Assembly: GCA_050943215.1 (NCBI GenBank) | Contig: JBMNOU010000003.1 | Location: 1,269-65,268, forward strand | Length of the DNA stretch: 64,000 nucleotides | Reading direction: 5' to 3' | Origin: Christensenellales bacterium | Lineage (GTDB): Bacteria; Bacillota; Clostridia; Christensenellales; SZUA-584 | In this document: one piece after another, positions 28,458 to 38,048 of the stretch | Position numbering within the stretch: the first letter of the stretch is position 1 | Layout: the number at the start of each line of letters is the position of its first letter | Translations under genes and position numbers: made by a program | Notes under the pieces: model-generated | Seen by the model: the letters and a program-made list of their open reading frames with translations, nothing else | Told to the model about the DNA's origin: nothing | Databases searched by the model: none

Positions 28458-30242
28458 TTATTCAATGTTCATGGTATTTTTGAAGTTAGACAACGCTACT
28501 TTGAATTCATGCATTGTGTTTTTTACCGGAGCTTCGCCGTTAAAATCCACGCCGGCTTTCTTAAGGAGGTTTAGCGGATAATCGCTTCCGCCGCTTTTTA
28601 AAAATTCTTTATAAGCCTCAAGCACTCCCGGCTTTTTTTCGTAGATTCCTGTTGCAATCATTACTGCAGAAGAAAAACCGGTCGCGTATTTATATACGTA
28701 AAAGGCGTTGTAAAAATGCGGTATTCTTGCCCATTCTAGGGATATCGCATCGCACGTTTTCATGCTGGTTCCATAGTACATCTTATTAAGCTCGGCATAT
28801 TTTTTAGACAAGGTTTCATGGGTCAGCGGCTGACCCGACTCGTACATAGCGTGTGAGATTTTCTCGAATTCGGCAAACATAGTCTGTCGCAGCACGGTGG
28901 TTCTGAATTGGTCAAGGTAGTGATTGAGCACATATTTTTTTAATTCCTCATCAGCGGTTTTTAAAAGGTATTTGGTTAAAAGAATCTCGTTGACTGTTGA
29001 TGCCACCTCCGCTACGAAAATCGTATACGATGCAAGCGGGTAAGGTTGGTTCTGACTCGAATACCATGAATGCATCGCGTGACCAAGTTCGTGCGCGATT
29101 GTAAATACGCTGTCAAGGTCGCCTCTGTGGTTAAGCAGTACATACGGATGTGTGCCGTAGGGTCCCCACGAATAGGCACCACTAGTTTTGCCTTCGTTTT
29201 CAAAAACATCTATCCAGCCTTCGTTGCGGGCGCGTTGTAGCAGCATTACATATTCGTTGTCCATCACCGAGAGGGCATCTATGGTCAGGTCCATCGCCTG
29301 TTCATAGCTATATTTTTTGCCGGTATCTTTTACTAGCGGAGCATAAATATCATACATTGCAATCTCATCAAGCCCCAAAAGTTTTTTTCTTATCTCAATA
29401 TAGTCGTACATGATATCGAGATTGTCATGCACGCAAGAAATCAGACCGTCATACAGCGAGACAGGCACATTGTCTGCAAAAAGTGCTTTTGAGAGCGCAT
29501 TTTCATACCCCCTGACACGCGCATAAAACACATCTTTCTTGACGCTTGTGGAGTATGCAGCTGCAATAGTGTTGATGCTGCCGCGGAAAGCCTCATAATA
29601 AGTCTTAAATGTATCTTTGCGTACCTGACGATCCGTACTTTGCATAAGCTCAATGAACTTTCCATGAGTCAGTTTGATTTCTCCTTCATCCGTAAGGATG
29701 CTGCCTAATTTGATGTCCGCATTGTTCAGCATAGTAAAGATATTCTGTGCGCCCGAAGCAAAGTCTGCGCTCATCGAGAGTATCCTCTCCTCGCTTTCAC
29801 CCAAAACATGTTTTTTCTGACGTATCGTATCTTTTATCATAAACGCATACGGAGAAAGCGCCTTTTCCTCAGAAATAAAACTAAGCAGCGTTTCCTCGCT
29901 TTGCGCAAGCAGTGCGGGTGATACAAACGAGGTTTCTCCCGAGACGGCAACATACAGCGACATTGCCCTGTCCGTCATGGCCTGATACAACGTATTGGCA
30001 TTATCTTCATCCCTTCGCATTTTTGCATACACATAAAGCCTTTCGCATAGCAGCGATGCTTCATCGATACGGGAAAGAGCATCGGCTAAGGCTTGCGCAC
30101 TATTAGTAAAGCCTTTTTTTAAACTTTTTAGTGTCGGGAGCATGGCCTGAAGTTTCTTAAAATCCAGCTCCCAGTCCGTGTTCGATGCATAAATATCTTC
30201 AAGAGTCCATTTGTATTTGTTATCTATTTCGCTTCGTTTCAT
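28458..30242 (-). CDS. pepF: Oligoendopeptidase F (M3B)
   Basis: HELGH zinc motif (TIAHELGHAMHS), N-terminal KWTLEDIY signature; 594 aa. Confidence 0.9.
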   Translation of the reverse strand: MKRSEIDNKYKWTLEDIYASNTDWELDFKKLQAMLPTLKSLKKGFTNSAQALADALSRIDEASLLCERLYVYAKMRRDEDNANTLYQAMTDRAMSLYVAVSGETSFVSPALLAQSEETLLSFISEEKALSPYAFMIKDTIRQKKHVLGESEERILSMSADFASGAQNIFTMLNNADIKLGSILTDEGEIKLTHGKFIELMQSTDRQVRKDTFKTYYEAFRGSINTIAAAYSTSVKKDVFYARVRGYENALSKALFADNVPVSLYDGLISCVHDNLDIMYDYIEIRKKLLGLDEIAMYDIYAPLVKDTGKKYSYEQAMDLTIDALSVMDNEYVMLLQRARNEGWIDVFENEGKTSGAYSWGPYGTHPYVLLNHRGDLDSVFTIAHELGHAMHSWYSSQNQPYPLASYTIFVAEVASTVNEILLTKYLLKTADEELKKYVLNHYLDQFRTTVLRQTMFAEFEKISHAMYESGQPLTHETLSKKYAELNKMYYGTSMKTCDAISLEWARIPHFYNAFYVYKYATGFSSAVMIATGIYEKKPGVLEAYKEFLKSGGSDYPLNLLKKAGVDFNGEAPVKNTMHEFKVALSNFKNTMNIE

Positions 30243-30305
30243 AATGCCTCCAAAAATATATATTATTTATCATTATGCCCCAAACGTTGCTGTACAACCG
30301 TGGTG

Positions 30306-31232
30306 TTAATAACGGATATCGTTTCCTTTGAAAAGGATTTTTTGTGACGACTTTTTGTCCATCAGTCTTGAATGAATACGATCGCCATAACGGTCCTTAA
30401 GCTTGTGGAAAGGCAAGTTGGTTATAATCAATGTATTGAGGTCTGCGCAATTCCTCTCGTTTAACAGATCAAACAAATATTCTTTTGTCACATTCCGGGT
30501 CATAGGTTCTGTACCTATATCATCGATAATCAAAAGAGGCACCTCGAAAATAGGATTAAGATCAACATTTTCACCAAGCCTGTCCTGATGGAAAAGCGAA
30601 AATAGCCGATATGCCGTATAATACGCAGCCGTATATCCGCGTTCGATCACGCGGCGCATAATGCATTTTGACAGAAATGTTTTGCCAAGGCCTGTTGCGC
30701 CCGACAATAGCAATATTGGTTTGCTACCCGGAAAAGCATCTGCGTATGCTTCGCATAATATTTTTATTTTCTGCATTATCTCTTTTTGCGATCTGCCATT
30801 GTCTATCGGTGTATCGTCGAAAACATTTATATCAAATTGTTCAAAGCTGATGCTGTTATCCGTCAGGCGGGCTTCGTCAAGCTTGTCTTCAAGAACGCGT
30901 TTTTTAAAGCACTCACATCTCATCGCGTTATCGCGCATACCTGTGTCACGGCAGACTGGGCATCTGTAAATCGGATCAAGATAATGCGCGTTAAACCCGT
31001 TTTCTGTCAGCAGCTTCGTGGCTTTTTCTATTAAATCATGAATTTTTTTTGAATTATCTGAGTCGCCAGTCAAAGCTTGTTTGATTCGTATTAGCTGCAG
31101 TGATTTGATCTGCAAATGGAGATCTTTCATCTCGGGGATTTTTTTATATACTTCCCTAAGACGCAACTCTTCTTTTTTTGAATTCTGTGCGCGGGTACGA
31201 TCATATTCCGCGATAACTTCGGATATGCCCAA
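30306..31232 (-). CDS. dnaI: Helicase loader DnaI/DnaC-like AAA+ ATPase
   Basis: N-terminal Zn module CPVCRDTG...CEC, Walker A SGATGLGKTFL, Walker B LLIIDDIG. Lies directly downstream of the DnaD-domain gene. Confidence 0.8.
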   Translation of the reverse strand: MGISEVIAEYDRTRAQNSKKEELRLREVYKKIPEMKDLHLQIKSLQLIRIKQALTGDSDNSKKIHDLIEKATKLLTENGFNAHYLDPIYRCPVCRDTGMRDNAMRCECFKKRVLEDKLDEARLTDNSISFEQFDINVFDDTPIDNGRSQKEIMQKIKILCEAYADAFPGSKPILLLSGATGLGKTFLSKCIMRRVIERGYTAAYYTAYRLFSLFHQDRLGENVDLNPIFEVPLLIIDDIGTEPMTRNVTKEYLFDLLNERNCADLNTLIITNLPFHKLKDRYGDRIHSRLMDKKSSQKILFKGNDIRY

Positions 31233-31235
31233 TTG

Positions 31236-32660
31236 TCAAGCTCCTTCGTCTGCAAAAAGATCCTCGGCAAGATGATCGTAATTTTCCGTTGGCCTCTCAA
31301 ACCCCTCACCTTTCAGAGCTATGCTCTGCCTGCTTGTATATTTTTGTGTTTCCCGCTGGGCGTCCTTTAGTGATTTCACCCCAGCGGCGCGCCAATTGGA
31401 TATTATCGTATTAAGATACCGATATGGATTATCAGATAAAGAGCTAATCTCTGCCGCAAGGAGTATAGCATCGTGGCTGAGAGACCCCTCTTTGGTCCAA
31501 CGGATATATATTTTTCTATGCGCATCGATAACTTTTCTAGAAATACCGGCAGCCTTGAAAACGGATTTAATGCGTTGATCAAGCGCCTGTCTTTCGGAGA
31601 TATACGCTTTAGCTTCATTGATCGTAAATATCCGATTGTTATACCAGTCTGTTAGTATTTCATCCAGACAGCCAAAAGGCAACTTGCTGCGCGTATCCGT
31701 TATCTTTGCTGCCATAACAAGCATCTCGTAATCGAACCCATAAACGCTTGTCCATTTTAAATATAGGCTTTCATACTCGAACGACGGTCTTAAGCCAGAT
31801 TCCCCGACCATATGCATCAGTTCTTTTATATTCTTTGACATGGTATCGCTAAGCTGCTTACTTTCAGAAATTTTCCTCGACGTGGTGTCGCCCTTTTCCT
31901 TTAACCGCTCAAGTATTCTGTCAAGATACTTCATGCTAGGTTCTCTTGCGGCTGTGGTATGCGCGCATGCGGTGAGGATCGCGTCCAGTGTAAATCCCCA
32001 TTGACTTGTCCATTTATCGAACAAAGCGGTCTCGTCTTTCGTTGGCCCCCGGCTTGAAATGCCGAGCTGTTTTAAAACGCGCGGTACGCCGGACGAGAGC
32101 GTTTGATATAAAGCGATCTTTTCCCTTGCTTCCTCTTCTGTAGTGATGTTTTCTTCCTCTGCCCAGGATTTCGCTACTTTATCCATGTAAGAAATGGATA
32201 CGCGTCTGCCTTTCATCAGTACACAATATTCTGCAAGGATCAAAACCACCTTTTTCGGGAGGTGGAACATATCCGTATAATCGTATATCTTTAAATATTC
32301 ATGTGGTGAAAGCTGGCGTGACCCAAAGATGTTTTGCAGCTTTTGGTTAAATTCTCGTTCCGTATAAATATCTTCCTGTTTGTCAAGATTAAACATGCCA
32401 AACTCAAAACAGAGCTTTTCGGTGTTAACAATACGCGCGAAACCCTTCTTCTGCCAGTACTCATACGCCTCGATCACTTCTCTCTCGCTCATGCCAAGGC
32501 GCGCACAAAACATGCCAAAATCAATGTCCTGGTTGGTCGAGCAATACATAAGGCCTAAAAGATATGACGCCGTATATTTTTCGGGTGCGCCGGGACAGCA
32601 TTCGATAAACCTATTTGGAACGGCTGTGCTTTTCGTATTATTTTTAAGTTGCAACTGCAT
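31236..32660 (-). CDS. Replication initiation / membrane attachment protein (B. subtilis DnaB-type, DnaD-domain repeats)
   Basis: 474 aa with two or three internally similar DnaD-like segments (e.g. YxxW...GF....I..A...). Gene order before dnaI matches the B. subtilis dnaB-dnaI pair. Confidence 0.7.
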   Translation of the reverse strand: MQLQLKNNTKSTAVPNRFIECCPGAPEKYTASYLLGLMYCSTNQDIDFGMFCARLGMSEREVIEAYEYWQKKGFARIVNTEKLCFEFGMFNLDKQEDIYTEREFNQKLQNIFGSRQLSPHEYLKIYDYTDMFHLPKKVVLILAEYCVLMKGRRVSISYMDKVAKSWAEEENITTEEEAREKIALYQTLSSGVPRVLKQLGISSRGPTKDETALFDKWTSQWGFTLDAILTACAHTTAAREPSMKYLDRILERLKEKGDTTSRKISESKQLSDTMSKNIKELMHMVGESGLRPSFEYESLYLKWTSVYGFDYEMLVMAAKITDTRSKLPFGCLDEILTDWYNNRIFTINEAKAYISERQALDQRIKSVFKAAGISRKVIDAHRKIYIRWTKEGSLSHDAILLAAEISSLSDNPYRYLNTIISNWRAAGVKSLKDAQRETQKYTSRQSIALKGEGFERPTENYDHLAEDLFADEGA

Positions 32661-32828
32661 TCTTTAACACCCCTTTATAACGTATTTGTATCATATCACA
32701 CACAAACGGCTTTTGACATATGAATAAAAAAATTTATCATTAGCAATCTTTATATGTACTTTAGTATACGATAGCATCAAGATACGGTCAAATCATGGGT
32801 GTATATATCTGTGTCATTATTTTTTGGG

Positions 32829-32857
32829 TTGATAGAAAATAAATTACCTGCTATACT
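32829..32857 (+). promoter_or_regulatory. murA promoter
   Basis: TTGATA (32829-32834), 17-nt spacer, TATACT (32852-32857). Confidence 0.5.
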
Positions 32858-32911
32858 CTACATTATTAACAGACAACGACGGAGGTTGGGTGCTGTTGTG
32901 CACGTTTTAAT

Positions 32912-34198
32912 ATGAGAGAGAAACTTGTGATCAGAGGCGGAAAACCGCTTAAAGGTATTGTTGCCGTAAGTGGTGCAAAGAATGCCGCTGTCGCCATATT
33001 GCCCGCAGTCATATTATGTGAAGCTTTATGCCAAATAGATAATCTGCCGGATATCGTTGACGTCCACCTTCTCGATGATCTTCTTTGCAGGATGGGGGCA
33101 AAAACCAAACTAACAAACGCAACAATGACGATTGATGCAAGTGGCATTAAGGAGCATGTAGTCGTTAACAATGCTGTCAAGCAGATGCGCGCATCATATT
33201 ATCTTGTAGGGTCGCTGCTCGGACGGTTCGGCAAGGCAGAGGTTGCTCTGCCGGGCGGCTGTGCTATCGGCTTAAGGCCTATAGATCAGCATATCAAAGG
33301 CATGAGCGCGCTAGGCGCAACGGTCAAGACAGAGTACGGCATGCTAAGGGCCGAGGCGCCAAACGGACTTATTGGCACCGATATATACCTCGATGTCGTG
33401 TCGGTTGGTGCAACGATTAATATCATGCTGGCAGCCGTTAAAGCAAAGGGCAAAACGACGATTGTCAATGCCGCTAAAGAACCGCATGTTGTAGATGTTG
33501 CCAACTTTCTAAACTGCATGGGCGCAAAGGTCAAAGGCGCCGGTACGGATATTATCCGCATCACAGGGGTTGATAAATTGCATGGTTGCAATTATTCAAT
33601 TATACCGGATCAGATTGAAACGGGTACGCTTATGATCGCAGCGGCGGCAACCAGAGGCGATCTTACAATCAGCAATGTAATTCCGACGCATATGGAGGCG
33701 CTTTCCGCTAAATTGATCGAGATGGGTGTAACGGTTGAGGAAGGCGATGAGACGCTGCGTGTCACCTGTACAAAAAGGCCCAAGAATGTCAATATCAAAA
33801 CATTTCCGTACCCCGGGTTTCCGACAGACTTGCAGCAGCCGGCCACCGTACTATTGAGTACCGCCGAAGGCGCGAGTATCATTGTTGAGAACATATTTGA
33901 ATCACGTTTTAAGCATATCAACGAAATCCGGCGCATGGGTGCTAATGTTTCAATAGATGGAAGAGTCTGTGTTGTGGAAGGTGTCGAGCGGTTGACGGGT
34001 GCGCCTGTGCGCGCAACCGATTTAAGGGCGGGTGCCGCGCTTATTGTTGCAGGGCTGATGGCCGACGGTGTTACAGAAATCACCGGCGTTAAATATATTG
34101 ATCGGGGATATGACCATATTGAAAGCAAGCTTAAACAGATCGGTGCGGATATCCACAGAGAAGAACTGACTGACGATGAGAAATATGATTTTTTCTAG
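32912..34198 (+). CDS. murA: UDP-N-acetylglucosamine 1-carboxyvinyltransferase
   Basis: V.GAKNA.....A, catalytic Cys loop [18 protein letters not shown]; 428 aa. Confidence 0.95.
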   Translation: MREKLVIRGGKPLKGIVAVSGAKNAAVAILPAVILCEALCQIDNLPDIVDVHLLDDLLCRMGAKTKLTNATMTIDASGIKEHVVVNNAVKQMRASYYLVGSLLGRFGKAEVALPGGCAIGLRPIDQHIKGMSALGATVKTEYGMLRAEAPNGLIGTDIYLDVVSVGATINIMLAAVKAKGKTTIVNAAKEPHVVDVANFLNCMGAKVKGAGTDIIRITGVDKLHGCNYSIIPDQIETGTLMIAAAATRGDLTISNVIPTHMEALSAKLIEMGVTVEEGDETLRVTCTKRPKNVNIKTFPYPGFPTDLQQPATVLLSTAEGASIIVENIFESRFKHINEIRRMGANVSIDGRVCVVEGVERLTGAPVRATDLRAGAALIVAGLMADGVTEITGVKYIDRGYDHIESKLKQIGADIHREELTDDEKYDFF

Positions 34199-34265
34199 AC
34201 AACCTGGCTAACTCGCCAATAGTAAGGGATTGATGTTGTCTTGGAGTGAAAATATTGTTAGCAAC

Positions 34266-34323
34266 TAAAAAAGAAAAATAGGGCGGAACGGCCGGGCCGT
34301 TTTGGGTGCCCTTGTGTTCCGCC
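34266..34323 (-). terminator. Probable terminator of noc
   Basis: GGCGGAAC (34282-34289) / GTTCCGCC (34316-34323) outer stem with a structured loop. On the minus strand it is followed by CTATTTTTCTTTTTT. Confidence 0.45.
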
Positions 34324-34373
34324 AATAGTAGGGGTATTGGGGACAAGTTACATATTCATTGTATTGATCAATT

Positions 34374-35222
34374 TTATTTTGCAAGCTCAATGCTGATAGA
34401 TACCTTATCTTTGCTCTCATATGCCTGGTAGCTGACCTTCACGCCGGATTTTTTAATGCGCGACAGCGCTTTTTTTATTGTATTTAAGTATATGCGGTAA
34501 TCCTTCATGATACAAACTACGTTTTGCCGGTTAAGCTGGACCGGTTCCTCGCCGTAAAGCTTTGCAAGAGTCCGTTCAACCAGCTCTTCGGTTAGCTTTA
34601 CAGATAAGTTTTTTTGTTTAATTTCCTTAAGCAGCTTAAGCTGGGCCTCTTCGTTATGCAGCCGCAAAAGTGCTCTTGCATGACGTTCGGACAGCCTAAA
34701 AGTCGTGATCAAATCTTTAACGCTGGTGGGCAGTTTTAATATTCGCATTTTGTTTGCAACGGTGCTTTGATTTTTTCCAAGTCTCCTTGCTAGTTCTTCC
34801 TGAGTCAGCCCATGCTCTTTCATTAGGCTTAAATACCCTTCGGCTTCTTCAAAAAAATGTAGATCTTCTCTTTGCAGGTTTTCGATCAATGCAATAACAG
34901 CACTGTCTTCATCGATGGCAGGCTGAACAACGGCTTTAATATGTGTAAAACCCGCTTTACAAACCGCACGCCAACGGCGCTCTCCCGCAATAATCTCATA
35001 ATAATTGTGACTTAATTTCCTGACGGTAATCGGCTGCAAAAGCCCGTATTGTTTGATAGAATGTGCAAGTTCGTTCAAACTTTCTTCAGAAAACACTCTT
35101 CTTGGCTGATACGGATTTGGACGAATATAATCTACCGGTATTACTTCCAATGTATTGCCTTCGCTTTTGTCCATATAAAATTTACGCAAGCTATCTGCTT
35201 CGGTTTTTTGAAATTTCAGCAA
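34374..35222 (-). CDS. noc: ParB/Noc-family nucleoid occlusion-like protein, with no adjacent parA
   Basis: ParB N-terminal box IIAGERRWRA, HTH region GLTQEELARRLGKNQSTVANKMRILKLP, ERHARALL. The C-terminus (DYRIYLNTIKKALSRIKKSGVKV...) resembles my recollection of the Noc C-terminus rather than Spo0J. Confidence 0.72.
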   Translation of the reverse strand: MLKFQKTEADSLRKFYMDKSEGNTLEVIPVDYIRPNPYQPRRVFSEESLNELAHSIKQYGLLQPITVRKLSHNYYEIIAGERRWRAVCKAGFTHIKAVVQPAIDEDSAVIALIENLQREDLHFFEEAEGYLSLMKEHGLTQEELARRLGKNQSTVANKMRILKLPTSVKDLITTFRLSERHARALLRLHNEEAQLKLLKEIKQKNLSVKLTEELVERTLAKLYGEEPVQLNRQNVVCIMKDYRIYLNTIKKALSRIKKSGVKVSYQAYESKDKVSISIELAK

Positions 35223-35436
35223 TATTAATACACTCCTTTACATTGCGCACATGCGCCTAAACAAAAACGATAATTAAAAATACTTACAAAAATATGTCTA
35301 ACTCTTATTTGCTTTTATGTATGCTGAATTCGGCATAAAAGGTTTTATACCTTTTGACTTGGCAATAATTCCTAATAAACGACATTAATAGTGAAATATA
35401 TAAAAACTATCAAAAAACATGTCGAAAAAAGAGATT

Positions 35437-35904
35437 CTATTTATGATATGTCCTTGCGCAGGAAATCATAAATGCCCTGTAGATTTGTTCTAGCAGAACG
35501 ATTCTGAAAAGCTGGTGCGGCATAGTCAAATCAGAGAAGGATATCGTTTTTCCAGCACTTTTTTTAAAACTTTCGCTAAGACCGTATGATCCACCAACTG
35601 CAAAAGTTATGTCTTTGGCTGATGCTCCTTTTATCATTGACGCGAATTCTTCGGATGTTATTTTATCACCGTCGGGTGATAGCGCAATGAGTGCACCTCG
35701 GGATGCCTGCCTTAATTGGCGGCTTTCCTCGCTACGTGCCTTTTCAATGGCTGCGGTCGAAGCGTCTTTAGGCACGAACACTTCTTTTTTTTCTGTTATG
35801 ACAAGCCGGCAAAAAGAGGTAAGGCGTTTTGCGTATTCCGCCTCTGCGTCTTTCCAATACTTTTCTTTAAGTTTTCCGATACAAACGATGTGTATGTTTG
35901 GCAT
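35437..35904 (-). CDS. rlmH: 23S rRNA (pseudouridine1915-N3)-methyltransferase RlmH
   Basis: Aligns by eye along its whole length with SPOUT RlmH (IGKLKEKYW...GGSYGLS...SFS.LT.PHQL.R..L.EQIYRA......YHK). The start MPNIHIV at 35904 is shorter than the ORF-track call. Confidence 0.92.
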   Translation of the reverse strand: MPNIHIVCIGKLKEKYWKDAEAEYAKRLTSFCRLVITEKKEVFVPKDASTAAIEKARSEESRQLRQASRGALIALSPDGDKITSEEFASMIKGASAKDITFAVGGSYGLSESFKKSAGKTISFSDLTMPHQLFRIVLLEQIYRAFMISCARTYHK

Positions 35905-36055
35905 ATGCACTTCCTTGATTATGGCAGACAGTACTATTATTATCCGTAACAATGCCAGCCGTCATATCGCCACTTCCTCTGCATCTCTCTAAGAAGATGC
36001 GTAAGCACAGACAGTATTGTCACGATCAGGTATGTTTTCATATGGGCAACTGCTG

Positions 36056-36853
36056 TTATCTGATATGGAAAACGCCTGTTACTTTGTCCCTGAAGGCCAG
36101 CCCAAGGCTGATATCGCGTCCAGGTATGATTCCCTGTGATAAAAGCTCATCGGTTACCGTTCGAAAAGCCAGCTGCTCCGAATTATTTTCTTTGCTAAGA
36201 TGCCCGAGAAGGATGGACGATACGCCCGCAGCTGCAAGCCGGGCAGCGGCATCTGCGGCATCATTGTTGGAAAGATGTCCATGCCGTGATTTGATACGCT
36301 GCTTGAGCTGATACGGATACCTTCCGGTACTGAGCATATTCATGTCGTGATTGGCTTCAAGCAGAACAAGGTCGCACGAAAGCAGCCGGTATTCAACCGA
36401 TTTGGAAAAATGGCCGAGATCAGTTGCAATGCCTGCCTTACGTCCTTTGGATGAGACACAGTATCCCACAGGATCCGCCGCATCGTGCGGAATCCCATAC
36501 GGTTCGATTAAAAGATCGTCAATATAAAAATCTGTTTTAGAAATAATTCGGGTAAAACGGGTATGCACGTTGCCGAGCTTATTGCCGCAGGCCTGCCATG
36601 TGGGCGCTGTTGCGTAAACCGGAATGCCGTATTTTCTAGATATGACGCCTACGCCCTGTATATGGTCGCTGTGCTCATGCGTTATGAGTATTCCTTTGAT
36701 ATCCTGTATGCTTTCTCCGATACTGCCAAGTGCCTCTTCAAGACGTTTGCCAGATACACCTGCATCGATCAGAATTTTTGTCCGATCCGAACGGATCAAT
36801 ATTGCGTTTCCGGACGAACCGGAAAACAATGGGGTTAAAGATAGCGCCATCAA
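36056..36853 (-). CDS. yycJ: MBL-fold metallo-hydrolase, YycJ/WalJ-like
   Basis: SGSSGN, DAGVSGK, ITHEHSDHIQG, HDAADP, GHLSN. Adjacent to rlmH, as in Bacillus. Confidence 0.8.
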   Translation of the reverse strand: MMALSLTPLFSGSSGNAILIRSDRTKILIDAGVSGKRLEEALGSIGESIQDIKGILITHEHSDHIQGVGVISRKYGIPVYATAPTWQACGNKLGNVHTRFTRIISKTDFYIDDLLIEPYGIPHDAADPVGYCVSSKGRKAGIATDLGHFSKSVEYRLLSCDLVLLEANHDMNMLSTGRYPYQLKQRIKSRHGHLSNNDAADAAARLAAAGVSSILLGHLSKENNSEQLAFRTVTDELLSQGIIPGRDISLGLAFRDKVTGVFHIR

Positions 36854-36961
36854 TTTATCCCTTTCTAGTGTTCACCATTATAGCATAAAGCAAGCCAGAT
36901 TTGTACGGGTATTGATTAATGTACAAAATATATGATATCTTTAGAAAAGGAGAGGAAAAAT

Positions 36962-37480
36962 ATGAAACAGTCGTATGTACAAGTCTATACTGGCAACGGA
37001 AAAGGCAAAACCACAGCCGCGATGGGGCTTGCGATGCGCGCAGCGGGCAGAGGGAAAACGGTTAAAATCGTGCAATTTCTCAAGGGCAGAGACACTGGTG
37101 AAATGTTTATTATTGAGAACATAGACAACATCGCGCTTTTTAGGGTGTCGGACTGCAAAAGATTTTTTAATGCACTAAGTGTTGAAGAAAAAAAGGCTAT
37201 GCGGCAAAGCGTCTGCAATATGCTACCTGTGGTTAAAGAATGGCTGGGAGAAGCCGACCTAATGATTTTAGACGAAGCGATGGCAGCCATTTCCTGCGGA
37301 ATACTTAAAACAGACGAAGTAATATACATCATAGATAACCGGGGCAGCACCGAAATAGTGTTGACAGGCAGAGACGCCCCCAAGGCAATACTAAAAAGAG
37401 CGCATCTTATAACCGAGATGCGGGAAATCAAGCATTATTATAAATCAGGCGCGACGGCAAGAAAGGGCATTGAATATTAA
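36962..37480 (+). CDS. cobO: Cob(I)yrinic acid a,c-diamide adenosyltransferase (CobO/BtuR type)
   Basis: VYTGNGKGKTTAAMGLA P-loop, VQFLKG, ILDE. AAAGGAGAGG SD favours the ATG at 36962. Confidence 0.85.
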   Translation: MKQSYVQVYTGNGKGKTTAAMGLAMRAAGRGKTVKIVQFLKGRDTGEMFIIENIDNIALFRVSDCKRFFNALSVEEKKAMRQSVCNMLPVVKEWLGEADLMILDEAMAAISCGILKTDEVIYIIDNRGSTEIVLTGRDAPKAILKRAHLITEMREIKHYYKSGATARKGIEY

Positions 37481-37483
37481 ACC

Positions 37484-38041
37484 ATGGGTATTATTATGAT
37501 AACGGGTGGTGCCCGAAGCGGCAAAAGCGCCTTGGCTGAAAAAATGTGCCGCGATACAGGAAAAAGGGTGGGTTATATCGCAACAGCAGTGGTGACAGAC
37601 AGCGATATGCAGTACCGCATACAGCATCACCGATCGCAGCGCCCCAAAGAATGGGTCACATTCGAGCAATATTCAAACTTTTCAAAGCTGGATAGAGACA
37701 AAAGGTTTGCGGATTGCGACGTATTTGCGCTTGACTGCATCACTACAATGATCACTAACCTGATGATAGACAGTCATATCGATTTTGAGACCTGCAGCAT
37801 GGATCAGGTGCAAATGCTTGAGGACCGTATCAAAAGCGAGACGGATAACCTAATTGCCGTAATGAGAATGCACAGCAAGCAGCTGATCATTGTGACAAAC
37901 GAAGTGGGGCAGGGCGTTGTTCCATCATACAGGATGGGCAATCTATTCAGGGACATTTCGGGTAGGATAAACGCGGATATAGCAAAAAAGGCGGACCAAG
38001 TCTATTGCATGATATCAGGGCTAAGCCTTAAGCTGAAGTAA
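37484..38041 (+). CDS. cobU: Adenosylcobinamide kinase / adenosylcobinamide-phosphate guanylyltransferase
   Basis: ITGGARSGKSALAE P-loop, YIAT, VTNEVG.G.VP..........D..GR.N. Confidence 0.88.
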   Translation: MGIIMITGGARSGKSALAEKMCRDTGKRVGYIATAVVTDSDMQYRIQHHRSQRPKEWVTFEQYSNFSKLDRDKRFADCDVFALDCITTMITNLMIDSHIDFETCSMDQVQMLEDRIKSETDNLIAVMRMHSKQLIIVTNEVGQGVVPSYRMGNLFRDISGRINADIAKKADQVYCMISGLSLKLK

Positions 38042-38048
38042 GGGGCAT

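Noticed and set aside
34131-34346. 71-aa minus-strand ORF in the murA-noc gap.
   Set aside because: It overlaps the murA 3' end and the noc terminator hairpin, has no SD and has odd composition.
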